Assembly: GCA_964016885.1 (NCBI GenBank)
Contig: OZ024743.1
Coordinates: 63,178,001-63,242,000 of the forward strand
Reading direction: 5' to 3'
Length of the DNA stretch: 64,000 bases
Source of the DNA: Eledone cirrhosa
Taxonomy: Eukaryota
Shown here: in pieces, positions 13,006 through 28,086 of the stretch
How positions within the stretch are numbered: position 1 is the first letter of the stretch
Layout of the letters: each line of letters opens with the position of its first letter
Position numbers and translations under genes: made by a program
Notes under the pieces: model-generated
What the model saw: only the letters and a program-made list of their open reading frames with translations
The model's database searches: none
Told to the model about the DNA's origin: nothing

Positions 13006-13222
13006 CGTGTGTGTGTGGTTTATTTAACTACAGACAAAATGGCATTCTCATTGCAATTGTCTCTCTATGTACGAGAAAAATAAGTACCCAGATCTTTGAA
13101 TAATGGCCATGTTTTATGGCAAACATAATCTTCAACATGAAAGAGTAACTGAGAGAGATAGGTGAAAGAAGGTGGAGGTGGGGCAAAAAGAGAAAGTAAA
13201 CGGGACAATGTTAGAATAGATA

Positions 13223-13713
<491 letters not shown>

Positions 13714-14428
13714 ATATATATACACACACACACACACACATACATACATATATATCAGTAACATATTAGTATTTGATTAAAATTATATATCCCGCTTTTT
13801 GTAATCATTTTATGTTCGCTTTCCATGCTAGCATGGGTTGGACAAGTTCTCACGGGCTGTGACAAGACATGGTCAAATAACTACAGCTTATTCATACATT
13901 CAATATTTTGGCATGGTTTCTATAGTTGGGGGCACTTCTTTATAAACACTTTACAAAATGCATTGGGTACATTTTACTGTGAAACCAACATTACTATTTT
14001 ACAGAGTGTGGTATCTGCATTTTATGATGGCACCAGCACTGCTGCTTTTTTTAAACTATAAAATATATTTTGTCTTAAAGAGTAAAATGGAAGTAAAATG
14101 GCAGCCGATTTTCAGATCATACCTAGAAACAAGGTTTTTATTGCTTTTTCCATTGCTGATACTATTTGATCATTGCAACACCTGACAGAGAAGCAGCCCG
14201 ACATATTTTGCACAAGAAAAAATATGCTGCTTGACAAAGGAATTGAACCTATGACCTTATGATCATGAGTCCAGCACCCTAACCACGAGGTCAGGCTTCT
14301 TCACTTAAAGAGTAAAATGAAAGTAAAATACCCAGCCATAACACTGATTGCCTATCATTCCATACATGTTTGTAAAAGATGTGAACATAAAGTAGGTGTG
14401 AAGGTCTCATGCAGCAAAAAAATGATAT

Positions 14429-15325
14429 TGATGATGGTGGTGGTGGAGAAGGTGGTGGTGGTGATGGAGAAGGTGGTGGTAGTGGCAGTGATGGTGGTGA
14501 TGGAGAAGGTGGTGGTAGTGGCAGTGATGGTGATGGTAGTGGCAGTGATGGTGGTGATGGAGAAGGTGGTGGTAGTGATGGTGATGGTGGAGAAGGTGGT
14601 GGTAGTGGCAGTGATGGCGATGGTGGAGAAGGTGGTGGTAGTGGCAGTGATGGTGATGGTGGAGAAGGTGGTGGTAGTGGCAGTGATGGCGATGGTGGAG
14701 AAGGTGGTGGTAGTGGCAGTGATGGCGATGGTGGAGAAGGTGGTGGTAGTGATGGTGATGGTGGAGAAGGTGGTGGTAGTGGCAGTGATGGCGATGGTGG
14801 AGAAGGTGGTGGTAGTGGCAGTGATGGTGGTGATGGAGAAGGTGGTGGTAGTGGCAGTGATGGCGATGGTGGAGAAGGTGGTGGTAGTGATGGTGATGGT
14901 GGAGAAGGTGGTGGTAGTGGCAGTGATGGCGATGGTGGAGAAGGTGGTGGTAGTGGCAGTGATGGTGATGGTGGAGAAGGTGGTGGTAGTGGCAGTGATG
15001 GCGATGGTGGAGAAGGTGGTGGTAGTGATGGTGATGGTGGAGAAGGTGGTGGTAGTGGCAGTGATGGCGATGGTGGAGAAGGTGGTGGTAGTGGCAGTGA
15101 TGGCGATGGTGGAGAAGGAGGTGGTAGTGGCAGTGATGGCGATGGTGGAGAAGGTGGTGGTAGTGGCAGTGATGGCGATGGTGGAGAAGGTGGTGGTAGT
15201 GGCAGTGATGGTGGTGATGGAGAAGGTGGTGGTAGTGATGGTCGTGATGGAGAAAGTGGTGGTAGTGGCAGTGATGGAGAAGGTGGTGGTAGTGGCAGTG
15301 GTGAAAAAGATGGTGGCGGAGGGGT
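14429..15325. repeat. GGT/GAT trinucleotide-based minisatellite (27-33 bp units)
   Basis: Repeated GATGGTGGAGAAGGTGGTGGTAGTGGCAGT(GATGGC). Confidence 0.93.
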
Positions 15326-15830
15326 AGATGTAGCTGTGTGAGATTGGTGCAGTGTTAATGCAGTAGTTGTATAAAGTTGGATGTTATTGTTAAGCAGGAA
15401 TACAAGAGAAGGTGATGGGTGGGTTATTCAGATTGAAAAAAGAGGCTGTGTAAAAGTATTTGGATGAGTGTAGGGATGGATGTGTTGATTATAGTGAGGT
15501 AGGGAGTAGGTGTGGTGAGGTAGGTGTAGTGAGGTAGGAAGAGAGTGTGTGTGTTGGTGATAAACAGTAAAGGCAAGTGAATTAAGTAGTTTTTCAATCA
15601 TATTAAAAGAGAGGAGGGAGTGGGGTCAGGATGCTGTGAGTTCAGATGAGCAGAGTCAGTTGTGGTATTGCCAGAAGAGACAAAGTGACAATACAACAAC
15701 AATGTGAAGAAAGTGGTGGTAGTGGTGATGGTGGGGAGACAGCATGGATGTTAGAATTATCATTTATATGTGATTCCCCACCCCACTCATGTTTGCATGG
15801 GTTAAACAAAGCTTGTTTCATGGGTGTTAA

Positions 15831-16233
15831 ACCTTTAGATACCAACCCAGCCAAAACCTCATCTGGTTCTATAAAACAAACTCATATAATTTAAAAGGCT
15901 CCAATTTAAATTAAAATCTTCCAGCATAATTTGATATTAAAGACTTTTGTTACAAATGCCATCTTAATAATGGGATTATTAATAATTTTAGTAAATCCTT
16001 CCAAATTTTTCATTCATTAATTCATATAGTGTATTTCATTAGAAATATAGCAGTGGTTCCCAAGGGTTCCACAAAGGAGTGTCTGATGTTCCATGAAAAA
16101 AGGTAGAGGAGTATGTTTACATTACGACCATATAACAGTATTAGACTTTGGGGTTCACCCAAAAGTTTCTGAACCAAAAAGGGTTTCGCACTTGAAAAAG
16201 TTTAGGAAACACTGAAGTATGATAACGAAAGGG
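15831..16233. mobile_element. TTAA-flanked piggyBac-type MITE (decayed) carrying a nested MITE
   Basis: TTAA|ACCTTTAGATACC ... ATAACGAAAGGG|TTAA; the body resembles 41093-41348 and 19600-19840. Confidence 0.6.
16051..16214. mobile_element. hAT-type MITE nested in the TTAA MITE
   Basis: Termini CAGTGGTTCCCAA / TTAGGAAACACTG (11/13 inverted match); 8-bp flanks AAATATAG and AAGTATGA only partly match. Confidence 0.55.
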
Positions 16234-16692
16234 TTAAGTGTCTCAGTATACACCCCTGCTGAATAAGGTGCCTGTCTGTTGTATGGTTAACCCCTAGATG
16301 CCACTGGTACTCATTTCTAGATGAGTGAACTGGAGCAACATGAAATGACATGCCTTGCTCAAGAACATAATGTGTCCCCAGGTCCAGAAATTGAACCTAA
16401 CATCCTAGTCACCACACCATGCACCTTCCTAAATATTGTACCAACAAAAATATAACAATTTATGAACTCTTTGTTTTTTCTCTCTAACAATAGAGATAGT
16501 TTTCACATCCACCCATCATAAGCAGACATTTTACTGGCCTATGACGTGGTTGTAGAAGCTGTTTAGGACGATAGAGTACTAAAAATTTTAACCATTCTGT
16601 AATCAAGCAGGACTGGTTTTGGGTTCAATTCCAGTGAAGCACTTTGGACAGGTGTATTCTACACAATCCCACTATGAAGATCACTGGACAGG

Positions 16693-17486
16693 CAGGACTA
16701 GATTTGATGGGGCACAAGGGGGGAAATTGCCCTGGGGGCCCACAGAGGGGGCCACAGCAATTTATTTGTGCCTTCTGCTGGAGAGTGAGAGTTGTATAAA
16801 AAAAAGTACCAAATGCTTGAAGTGGAAGATCAATGAAAACATGGGATATAGTTGTAAAGAATGACATGAAACTGAACCCGACAACGGAGATGACATAAGA
16901 CAGAGCTGATTGATGATATACCATAATACAAAAGACATGCCCACCAGTACAAACAGTGAGATAATAAAAGTGTGTGAAAGATCAGAGGCTACAGTGTTTG
17001 GCAATCAAATGGATATAATATAATGTTTAAGGAAACGCTTTAGCTTGGTTGAGCATATGTTGATCTCTTTAGTACTAGTGCCTCGATAAAATGCACTCAG
17101 TACATCCTGTAAATTGTTAATGTTGGTGCCTTGATAGAATATACCAGTGTAAAGTGGTTGGGCTGGTATCGAAAAATACAATGCACCCAGTAAATACTGC
17201 AGAGTGATTATGCTAGGAAGGGCATCCATGCCAAATATTAATGTATGAGCAAGATGAGGTCGCTCTGATGTGTTTGGTCTCGGATTGTGACAACCTGCCC
17301 AACACATACCAGTGTGGAAAGTGGATGTAAAATGAGGATGGTTAGATTTTTGGGATTTATTACCTGCATGTATAACTTTTCAATTCCAATTACTTGCGGC
17401 AAGCTGAGTTTGACATAAAAATTGAGGGTTTGCTGTGTATGCAAGCCCCCTCTCAAACCTGCAGTGAAGGTCTAAATCCAGCCCTG
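16693..17486. mobile_element. Non-autonomous hAT-type DNA transposon with 8-bp TSD
   Basis: TIRs CAGGACTAGATTT / AAATCCAGCCCTG; perfect flanking repeat TGGACAGG at 16685-16692 and 17487-17494; contains an RTE-tail fragment at ~17060-17345. Confidence 0.8.
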
Positions 17487-17992
17487 TGGACAGGTATCTA
17501 CACAATCCCACAGTGAAGCACCCGGGACATGTCTTCTACACAATCCCACAATGAAGATCACTGGACAAGTATCTTCTACACTAGCCTTGTGTTAACCAAA
17601 GTGTTGTAAAATGAAATCTGGTAGGTACAACAGTAGTTTGATGCAGCTCTACATACTGAATTCAAATTCTTGTTAGTTTGCATTACGTTCTTCCCAAGTT
17701 TTAAAATATATATTAGGCATATCCCAGTATCAATTAAATTGACTGCACTCAATACTGGATTAAGTTAGTGCAGGACTTGTAGCATAGACAATAAAGGGGT
17801 TCTAAGTCTATCTTAAATGGACAAAAATTAAAAGCAGTATACTCCTGTAGTATAAAGCAGCCAGCATGGGCCATATGACAATGCAGGGCCTGTAGCAAAT
17901 GCTATTCTTCCTACTTGGTTAATCCAGCACTGACTACACTTTACAACTCCTGTAATTTTGTAGCTCAGTGCCAATGTGAAATACAGACATTG

Positions 17993-18172
17993 TTGTTTCT
18001 CTTAAATCTTAGAAGCACTATATTTACACATGCAATTTTTTAAAAACTCCAATTTCATATAGTTTGTTTCCTAAAAAGAAAATAATGAAGGCAAAATTTA
18101 TGAAATTGGATTCGAAAGCAAGCATATGTGTAAACATGGTGATACAGTGCTTCTAAGATTTAAGAGAAACAA
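17993..18172. repeat. 180-bp foldback / MITE-like palindrome
   Basis: Perfect 27-bp inverted repeat at 17993-18019 / 18146-18172, plus inner pairs such as TCCAATTTCATA / TATGAAATTGGA. Confidence 0.85.
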
Positions 18173-21100
18173 GATTATAATAAAATTTTCATCGTCATTA
18201 CAACAGCTAACGTACAACATTCTTCATATAAAAAAAAATTTAAAATTTTGCATTTGACATAAAAAAAAAAATAAAATCAGCTTTGTATTAATATGGTATC
18301 ATTTTTCTATTTTCTAAATATTAACTTTACTGGTATTAAAATATAATTTTTTTTTAGTAAAGTCACCACCTAGCCAGGAGTGTAGCGTTTACCCCACCCT
18401 TCACTCCACTTCTTTCATTATTTAAGTTTTTCTCTAGCCACTCCTCTCTTACTTTTTATTATTTAATTTTTTTTTTAGAAAATACTTTTATCTGTGTATA
18501 CTTCTGTTGAACAATAAACTCACTTAATAAGAATATATTTCATTTTAACCAAGGTAACAAAGGAAAAAAAAAACAAAGATAAGCAAAACAGAACAGTTTT
18601 TTCTATGACTTTCTGGGTTTTTTTTAATGTTAACAGTAAACATGAAAATCCTGTGTATGTAAATAGAGCAAGGAATGTTTGGGATTAGAAGACAAATTGA
18701 AGAGAGCACATGTTCAGCAATAGGAGATTTGCAATACTGTTTCTCAGAACATTTTCTTAGTTCCGGTAGAGTATAGTTTTCATTTTATGCACATTTACAT
18801 GTATATACCTTAAAAGAAATACAACTTGTGTTTTAACCCTTTGGATACCAAACTGGCAGAAGCTGTTTGTTTTAGTGTTTATTTTTATCTTAAAAAAAAA
18901 AAAAAAAAAAAAAAAATCTATCATAAATGTTAGAAAATGTTGTTATGTTTGAAACAACAACATAATGAGAAAGTTATATTACTATATCCCTTCAAATTCT
19001 TTATTATTTTCAAAAGTACTTGAATGTTGAAGAGAAATTGAGCTGCGCTTGTTTTTCTACCTTCGAATTACTTGTATTGTTTTACAGCTGGATGCCATCC
19101 CTGATGCCTCTTACAACATGCATGGATATAGTGTACTTATTTCTAAACTGAATATATACTGAAGAAATCTATTTGGTAAAATAAAAATAAAAGATGACAT
19201 CCCTGTATAACTAACAAATGCGGCTCCTTAATTTAGGGGTCATCTTGATCATGACCATTTGGCACCTGTTTTCCCATGCTCCCATGTGTTGAACAGGTTG
19301 CAACAGATAAAACCTGTACTTAACTGGGCTATTACCCTCCTAAATTAGCCAAAGTTCAAGTTCCACATATGCATCAGTTCTGGCACAGTTTCTACAGCTG
19401 GATGCCTTTCTTAATGTCAACCACATTACAGAGTATACTGGGTGCATTTTATTGTGGCACCAGCACTATGGAAGTTGTCATGTCCTAAACACAACTGAAG
19501 AGTCCTGTCAACTTTTTGTTTGGCATGGTATCTATGACTGACCTTCATTTTCATTTACAGAGACACTAAATGGATTTTTTTAAAATCCATGATAAAAACT
19601 ATAAATAAAACCAAACTGCCTGAAACTGTCCTTGGTCTTACAATATTTCTTTTAAATTGGTTACACTTATATACAAACATATATGCCATCATGTAAGAAC
19701 CTTTGTTAAGTTGTGTTCCAAACACCAGTTTAATAATAAGTCACTTTTATTATTAAATACTTCCAAATTCTTATTTTCAAAATAATTTCAAAATCATAGG
19801 TAGCATTTTTCATTAGAAATATAGTAACAAAAGGCTAAAAACTTTTCATTAATATAAGAACATTTATGTTCCAAACATCTGATTAACCCATTCTTTACCA
19901 TATTTTTAATGAAAAACATTGCCTATGATATTCTTTAATTTCAAAAATAATCAAGAATTTGGAAAGATTTAGTAAAAAAAAAAAAAAAAAGTAACTTTTT
20001 TATTAAGATAGCATTTGGAACATGATTTAACAAAGATTTGTATGGTTTTAGATAAATCTAAACACTTTAAAATAAAGATCTTATCACAGAAACAAGGGCA
20101 ATTTAGTATCAAAAGAATTAATAATGAGAAAGTTACCTTTTATTACAAAATCCTTCCAAACTGATGATTTTTTAAAAAATTATTTGAAAATCACAAGCAG
20201 CCTTTTTTTCTTATTAGAAATATAAGAAAAATTGTTAACATTATTTATTTGGTTATTTAAAAAAAAAGAAGATTTTTATTTATGCTTGTAGAATAATTCC
20301 CAATAAGTGCAAAGCTTAATGAAACATTTACTTTATAAATGCACTGCTTTGAATGATGAAGGAATACTTAAGTGACATGAAGATCTGTTGTTGTTTAGCA
20401 GCTTCTCTCAAAGACATTATTCTCCTCTTGTTAAATAGAACTCAATTACTTTGGATTTTTGTTGACATTTTATTTACTTCATTTTTATGCCACTTGTCTA
20501 CATATGCACAGACACACACACACACACATATATATATACACATACAGAGACACAGAGATACAGACAGTATTATATATATACGCATGTGTGTGTGTGTGTA
20601 TGTGTGTGTTAAAAGATTGATGAAATCACAATACCACGAGGTGCTTCAAGCAATATATATATGTTCATATATATATATATATGTTCACACATATATATAT
20701 ATGAAAGTGCATATGTCTGTCTCATATGTACACACACACGGATGTAAATGTGTGTTCAATATTTATGTGTTTATGTATGTATGTAAGTAAGTATAAACAC
20801 ATACAATGTTCTCTGTCAAGAACAGAGTAAGAAATTATGTAAAATATCTGCACAATCCATCATCATCATCATCATCACCATCACTAGATAATGTATATTT
20901 TCCAGCATGGATTAGACAGGTTGTCACATTCTGGGACAAGTTAGGTCAGGTGGCCATGTCTAGCTCATACATTCTATTTTTAACATGGTCTTTAAGGTTG
21001 GATGCCTTTCCTAATGCCAACCATTTTGCATCCTGTATTTACCACTTATGACACGAAGGTGGTCAGGGCCATTTTCGTCATGGCACCACCACTACTAACT

Positions 21101-21304
21101 TACAGAGTGGACTGAGTTTGTTTTATTTTTAATCGTGGCACCACCACTACCTCTTTATAGAGTGGTGGGTTAGGTGGGTTTCATCACACACACTTCCATA
21201 CAAATGGGTTGACAAAGATGAGGAAACGTTCTCAACACCAAAGTAGAGTATATTCATCATCCTCATGATGTCCACTTTCCCACATTTGCATGGGTTGGAT
21301 AGGG

Positions 21305-21555
21305 TAGAAATGGGATCTGTGAAGGCAACCCGTCTAGGAGGGCAGTAACTCTGATTAAAGACTATTGCACAGGGTAGATGTGGGCTCCTTAAGCCCTAGT
21401 GAAGCCAACCCGTCTAGGAGGGCAGTAACTCCAATTAAAAACTACTGCACGGGTAGATGTGGGCTCCGTAAGCAATAGTGAAGGCAACCCATTTGAGAGT
21501 GCAGATACTCCAAATAAAAACTAACACAGGGCGCAGAGGACTTTTGAGTCTAGTA
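21305..21555. repeat. ~80-bp tandem repeat, 3 copies
   Basis: GTGAAG(G/C)CAACCC...GGGCAGTAACTC...GGGTAGATGTGGGCTCC recurs, with GAAG at 21321, 21401 and 21480. Confidence 0.8.
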
Positions 21556-22069
21556 AGACCTCTCTATTATATATATTACATATTTATTATATTGCTGAGA
21601 CTACTCTCTGTTGCTACTCTGAGTTTTGCAGCAATTCTCATTTACTTGGAATGATGAAAATAAAAAGTAACAACACTATTGGATTAAATAACATATCTAT
21701 ACCAGAATAACATAAAAAAATAGGAGAATAGAATGCAGCACTTGACTTCTAATCCTGACATTCTATTATCTATTTCGCTACATCTTATATTGTTCTTCAT
21801 ATTACATTGAAAGTGCAATCTGCAATTGTTAATATAGATTAATCTGAATGTAGCTAATTCTTCTTCCTGGCTGTTACACTATCATCATCCTCACCCCTCC
21901 CAACCACTACTGCCACCATCACGGCCATTAGCACCAGCAGTAACACCACTGCCACTACTGTTACCACCATCTCTGCCCATGGCTGGACGTGCGCACGCGC
22001 CCTTGCAAGCAGGGAAAAGTGGACATAAAATGGTGGTGATATATTTATATTTATTGTAATACCTAAAGC

Positions 22070-22600
22070 TTACATTTTATACACAAAATGGAATATCCAC
22101 CCACTCCTTTCCTGCCTATTGGACAAGGCCATTTCCCTGGGGGAATAAGAGCCTTATTTTCTTTTTTACTTACTAGGACTTTGGTCTTTGCTGGGTTGAC
22201 TGTGAGGCCTTTTGATTCCAGGTTTTGCTTCCATGCCTGGAATTTATCTCTAATTCTGCAGCTGTTTCAGCTATGATTACTAGATCATTGGCATATAAGA
22301 GTTACCATGGGCAACCAGTCTTAAACTCCTCTGTTATGGCCTGCAGAACAGTAATACCCAGGAGGGGATGAGGACAGAGCCCTGATGGACCCCCACCAGC
22401 ACACTAAATTTGCCACTATAATCATTGTTGACTTACATTACTGACTGCACCTGTGTGCATAGTTTGTACTACTCTTAAAGCCATTCCTCTATCCCTAGAA
22501 GCCACAAGATTATGGAACAAGGAGCCCTGTCAAAAGATTTTTTTCAGGTCAACAAATTCTAGGTAAGGGAGGTTACTCTTAGGTATTTCTCCTGCAGCTC
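22070..22600 (-). mobile_element. Old RTE RT fragment
   Basis: Degenerate match to the 36950-37490 region of the intact RTE (CCATGGGCAACCAGTCTTAAACTCCTCTGTTATGGCCTGCAG). Confidence 0.85.
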
Positions 22601-23049
22601 TTTTACTCTACTCTTTTACCTGTTCCAGCCATCCGACTGGGGCACCACCCTTGACAGCTGTATATAAATATACATATTTATGTTAGTTCGATTGCAATAA
22701 ATGCAAGCATGAACTATATTCAGTACCCAATGCAATAATTTGATTCAAAGGTGAAGCAGTGTAAACCCAAGGGTCAATTACTTGTTTCTTCGGTATGTAG
22801 GAATGGGAGATAACTACTACCTGGTATTACAAGATATCAGAGTATAAATACCAAAGGAGAGCGAAACATCTGCTTATTTCATTACATATGTTTCGCTAGT
22901 GGCTGGGCTCTGAAACATTCTCAATTACATATTACTTCTATGTAACTATATGGTTTGACTTCTTAGGTCACAGGTTCATCAGGTGAGTAAAAACATTGCT
23001 AGTTAAAACAATTCACTCACTCTCTATCATATATGCATGTATATATGTG

Positions 23050-23248
<199 letters not shown>

Positions 23249-24004
23249 GTAATTAGTAAAATCATAACAGGGCGCAGTCGTTTTTTTGGTTGGCTTGAAA
23301 ATTTCGAAGCTAGTGAGGTTGAAAGCTCAAACAAGTCTTAATTCAAATGTTTATATCTTTACTAATAGACAGATAATTGTGAACATTTGTAGTAAGCTAA
23401 ATACTTTAAATCTTAATGTGATGCAGTCACTGTTTTATATTTTTCAAGAATGTTTTGTTCATGTAGTTTCATGTAGTAATTAAGAGTTCATTAGGGATTT
23501 GAAGAACAGCAATCCTCTTCAGGGTTATTTGGTTGACAATTCTTAATTCTTAATTCTATTGAGCAATGAGTTAAATCATGGTTGCTAAATTAGACATGAA
23601 GCCAGGAATTTGAGCTGGAACAAATACTGCAAAGCTGTTAGTGTTTGACACTAATGATTCAACCAACCCAACATCCCTAATAATGGTTTCTAATTTAAGC
23701 ACAAAGCCAGCAATTAGGTTATAAAGTTGGTTATATCCAACCCGGTATTTAAGCAGTACATTATTTTATCAAACCCAGAAACGTGTAAGGCAAAATTGAC
23801 CACAAAAAGATTTGAAATTTTGAACATACAAAAATCAAAATAAATGGTGCACAGTATTTTTGTTCAATGCTCTAATAATTTCTTCAAGATAATAAATTGG
23901 AAGTGAAGTAAATTAAAGTAGTTAGATAGGAAAACTAAAATGCCACTCATTGCATTCTGAACCAACCATACTAAACACCCCTATACCCACTTCCCCCAGC
24001 AAAG

Positions 24005-24225
24005 TCACCAGCCCACACTGTAAAGTGGTCATGTAGGACTCACAACAAAAAGCACCTAGTACACAATGTTAATGTGGCTGGCATTAGGAAGGGCATCCAG
24101 CTGTAGAAACCAAGCCAAAGTCAGTATGAGCAAGGCGTAGTCATCTGACATGAAGTATCACAACGGGACAACTCATCTAACCCATGTTAGTGTGGAAAAA
24201 TGGATGTTAAACAGTGATGATGATA
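24005..24225 (+). mobile_element. RTE 3'-UTR/tail fragment
   Basis: CACACTGTAAAGTGG...TTAGGAAGGGCATCCAGCTGTAGAAAC...CCCATGTTAGTGTGGAA...GATGATGAT. Many similar relics are scattered across the window. Confidence 0.75.
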
Positions 24226-24794
24226 ATAAGATATAACTCCTCTGCACATAAGGAGGTAGGAGTTTAACACAAACAAAGAGCAATAATAATGTATGAAGTG
24301 AGTCTAGAAAAATACTTAGAAGTAAATAAAACTAATTAAGTTAGTAAGGGAACATGAAAAAGGCATTTCTCTTTATAAAAGGCATCAAGCATTTTAAAGT
24401 CATTTTCCCAGCTAAAGCTGAGGCTAGCATTACAGGTCCCATTTTTCTTCTAGTAGTATGACACATGAACAGTAACTAGAGAGGCAGGTCAAGATCAGCA
24501 AACTAGGCCAAGGCGTCATTAGAGGCAACTAAAAGTGTTAGCATCAAGAAGGACCTCCAGTTATAAAATATTACCTAAAAAAAAAAAAAGGACTATGAAG
24601 AGTATGAAGGTCCCATGATAAGCTTCATATTCATCATAGGTAGTATTTTATCATTGGATGTCCTTCTTGATGCTAACTCCTTTTAGTTGCCTTTTACAAC
24701 ATGCAGAGAAATGGTGTACCTATTCTAAAATGGATACTTGCTGAAAAACATTACAAGCTAGATGTTAAGTACACTAAAAAAAAAAAATGTTTAA

Positions 24795-25007
24795 CCCTTT
24801 AGCATTTACATTACTCTATATTTACTAGTGTATTTTCATATATTATCTCATATTTATCTCTCATAATATTGAAACTATGAGATTTTGATGTTATTTATTT
24901 TGAGAAACATACCTTAACATCAGTATGAGTAGCTGGTTACAGCCAGTTTGAATAGAAAGAGGTGAGAGAATTCTGGCCAGATATGGCCAGTTTAAAATGC
25001 TAAAGGG
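24795..25007. mobile_element. piggyBac-type MITE
   Basis: Perfect 13-bp TIR CCCTTTAGCATTT / AAATGCTAAAGGG with TTAA on both sides (24791-24794, 25008-25011). Confidence 0.85.
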
Positions 25008-25189
25008 TTAAATCAGGATAAAAGCAAAGTTTAGAAAAAAAAAAAAAAGAAACAAAATGAAAACAGAACTAAAAAAGAAACCCCAATGAAGAAAGGGAGA
25101 GAGGGTCAATATCCTTCAAGACTCAATAGATAGTAAATAAATGATTGTGAAAGCCAACAATAGATGATAAGGTCAGGACCTAAGAGGAA

Positions 25190-25345
25190 GAGATGGTCAA
25201 TACACTTCAAGTCTTGACAAATAGGAAGTATACCAGTGTGAAAGCCAACAATAGTCCATAATTTCTGGACTAAAAGAAGAAACAGAAAGTCTGATTTTAG
25301 CCACACAGAATCAATGTCTAGCCACAACAAGTTTACAAAAATAAA
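25190..25345 (+). mobile_element. Relic of an R4/Dong-type RLE retrotransposon
   Basis: 25261 translates as ISGLKEETESLILATQNQCLAT, similar to GDLKKATEGMLMAAQEQALRT at ~62068-62130. Confidence 0.55.
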
Positions 25346-26359
25346 ATATTACAAGAGGTTAACATCTTTAGCAACGATGAAAAGATGAGAGATAATTTGA
25401 CTGACAGGATTTGAACTTAGAATGTAGCAGGATGGATGAAACTAAGTACTATAAACTGAAGGCAACCTACAACCTTCAACAAGAATAATAGCAATGTTGT
25501 TACCAAAATGAAAACTAAGGTGGGTGTTCTGTTGTCATCTAGTATAGTACAAAAAGACAAAAAATCTGAGTATAAAGATCACCCACACACAGAGAAACAT
25601 GCACACACACGAGCAAACACACACATACACCAATGGGCAGAATTATGCACACACAAATGGGTGTACAAACACAAACACATGTATGGACACACATACTAAA
25701 AGAAATGTGACAAATAAGAAAAAAAAAAATTGAAAGGATCCAATCTGATGATCGGATCAAGAAAATGATATTTCCACAGGTCTTTCCATTGCTGATACTA
25801 TTTGCTGGTTGCAACACCTGAGGGAATAAAATATATAAGTTGGTGGTGTTGGTGATGGTGCTATTCATGGCAATGGTTGTGTTGGAGGTGCTGGTGATAG
25901 TGGTGGTAGTGCTGGTGTTGTAGTTCCATGGCAAAGGAGGACGGAAGCAATGAGAGGTCTTTACATCATTACAGTTCAGTTTAGCTGCTGCCACAATGCA
26001 TAACAATGAAATAATCATCACCATTTAAACATCTATTTTTCCACACTTGCATATAAACATTAACTCAGAAAGCTCATCTAAATATAGATTTACTTCCCCG
26101 CTCTCTTCAATACACACACACACACACACACACACATCCATTTTATATATATATAAAATAGATGGTAAATGATGATATGTGTGTGTGTATATATATGCAC
26201 ACACACACACACATATAATTACATAGGTATATATATATATATATATATATATACAAATATACACACATGATGAAATTTACACCTCACACCTACGGAGTTG
26301 TCATCCTAGGATGTTGCTTTTGTTTCAATAATATGAGCCAGTCTTATCATGAATATATA

Positions 26360-26402
<43 letters not shown>

Positions 26403-26831
26403 AAATTTACATACACATAATACAAATATGTCCAACCCATGCAAGTGTGGAAAAACAAATGTAAAAACGATGATGATAAGTATATATATATATATATATA
26501 AATCTTTTTCATCGTTTTACATCTGCTTTTTCCCTGCTTAAAATGAAAATTATATATATATATACACATATATATAAATATACATATATATATATATAAA
26601 TATACATACATATACATATGTATGTAAATAAATAAATGAAATATATATGTGTGTGTGTATATATATATATATTATAAATTTCTTTTTGTGTATGTGTACA
26701 CACCAAAATAATATAATCGTGGGATTTTCAATATCCATCATATAAGTGAATTATATTTAGAAATATTTCAGCGTTGCTAAAGAGATTTTAAAATCTATAA
26801 ATAATCTGGATAAGAAAAGAAAGTATTGGAT

Positions 26832-26912
<81 letters not shown>

Positions 26913-27052
26913 TGTGTGTGTGTGTGTGTGCATTCTGATGTACAAATGAGAAAACGGTACTCTACATGTAGTAGTAATAGTAGTACTACCACTACTACTA
27001 TTAGTAAGTATGTGGGGGTAGTGGTGGGAAGTGAGATGTGGATAGATGGACA

Positions 27053-27370
27053 CAAGAGTACTTTGGTATCGATAAATAACTGTACTTTAGTACAGATCAA
27101 AAAAGGAGTACTTCGGTATATGAAAATAAAGGACTACTTTGTGATATATAACTGAAGGAGTACTTCGGTATAGGTTAATAAAGTACTTTGGGATATATAC
27201 ATGAATACAGGAGTATTTGGTAGATGGAGTACTTTGGGACATAAATAAAGGCTTATTTGGGGATATATAAATGAAGGAGTACATTGGTATAGATGAATAC
27301 AGGAGTATTTGGGAATATATAAATATGGGAGTATTTTGGGATATATAAATAAAGAAGTACATTGGTGTAG
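27053..27370. repeat. Degenerate ~22-26-bp minisatellite
   Basis: Recurring (A)AGGAGTACTTTGGGATATATAAAT-like unit. Confidence 0.7.
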
Positions 27371-27807
27371 ATCAGAGAAGGGGAACCTGCGGCCTTAAGA
27401 CTGCATGTGACCTTTCAAAAGAATAAAAAAAATTCCCAAAAATTTTGAATTTTTATTAATGCATTTTCGTCTCTTATTTTAATTTAAACCACTTATTGTT
27501 GCGAATCTACATTCTCCTATCTAACCAAAATCAAGACACCTTTGAGATCACAAACGGTGGATGCCCATCTCGAGGTTTAGTTAAAACTCCAAACCTCCAC
27601 ACAACTACCAAATATCAAAATACTTTTCTACAACAAGCAGTCTTAAAGTCATTAAAAGGTAGTTAGCTTTCAAATTAGATTTTTTGTCATTTTTTTTTTT
27701 AGATAATTAGTACATAGTATTTAGATTTTTACAAAATAATGTAGATTTTAATAATATATAATTATTGTTTCTTGAATGCGGCCTTATTATATTACAAGCA
27801 ACTTTCA

Positions 27808-28086
<279 letters not shown>

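Noticed and set aside
14317-15341. Gly/Asp/Ser-rich or Val-rich protein
   Set aside because: A trinucleotide-based minisatellite open in several frames, with no splice or domain evidence, and opposite to the inferred host gene.
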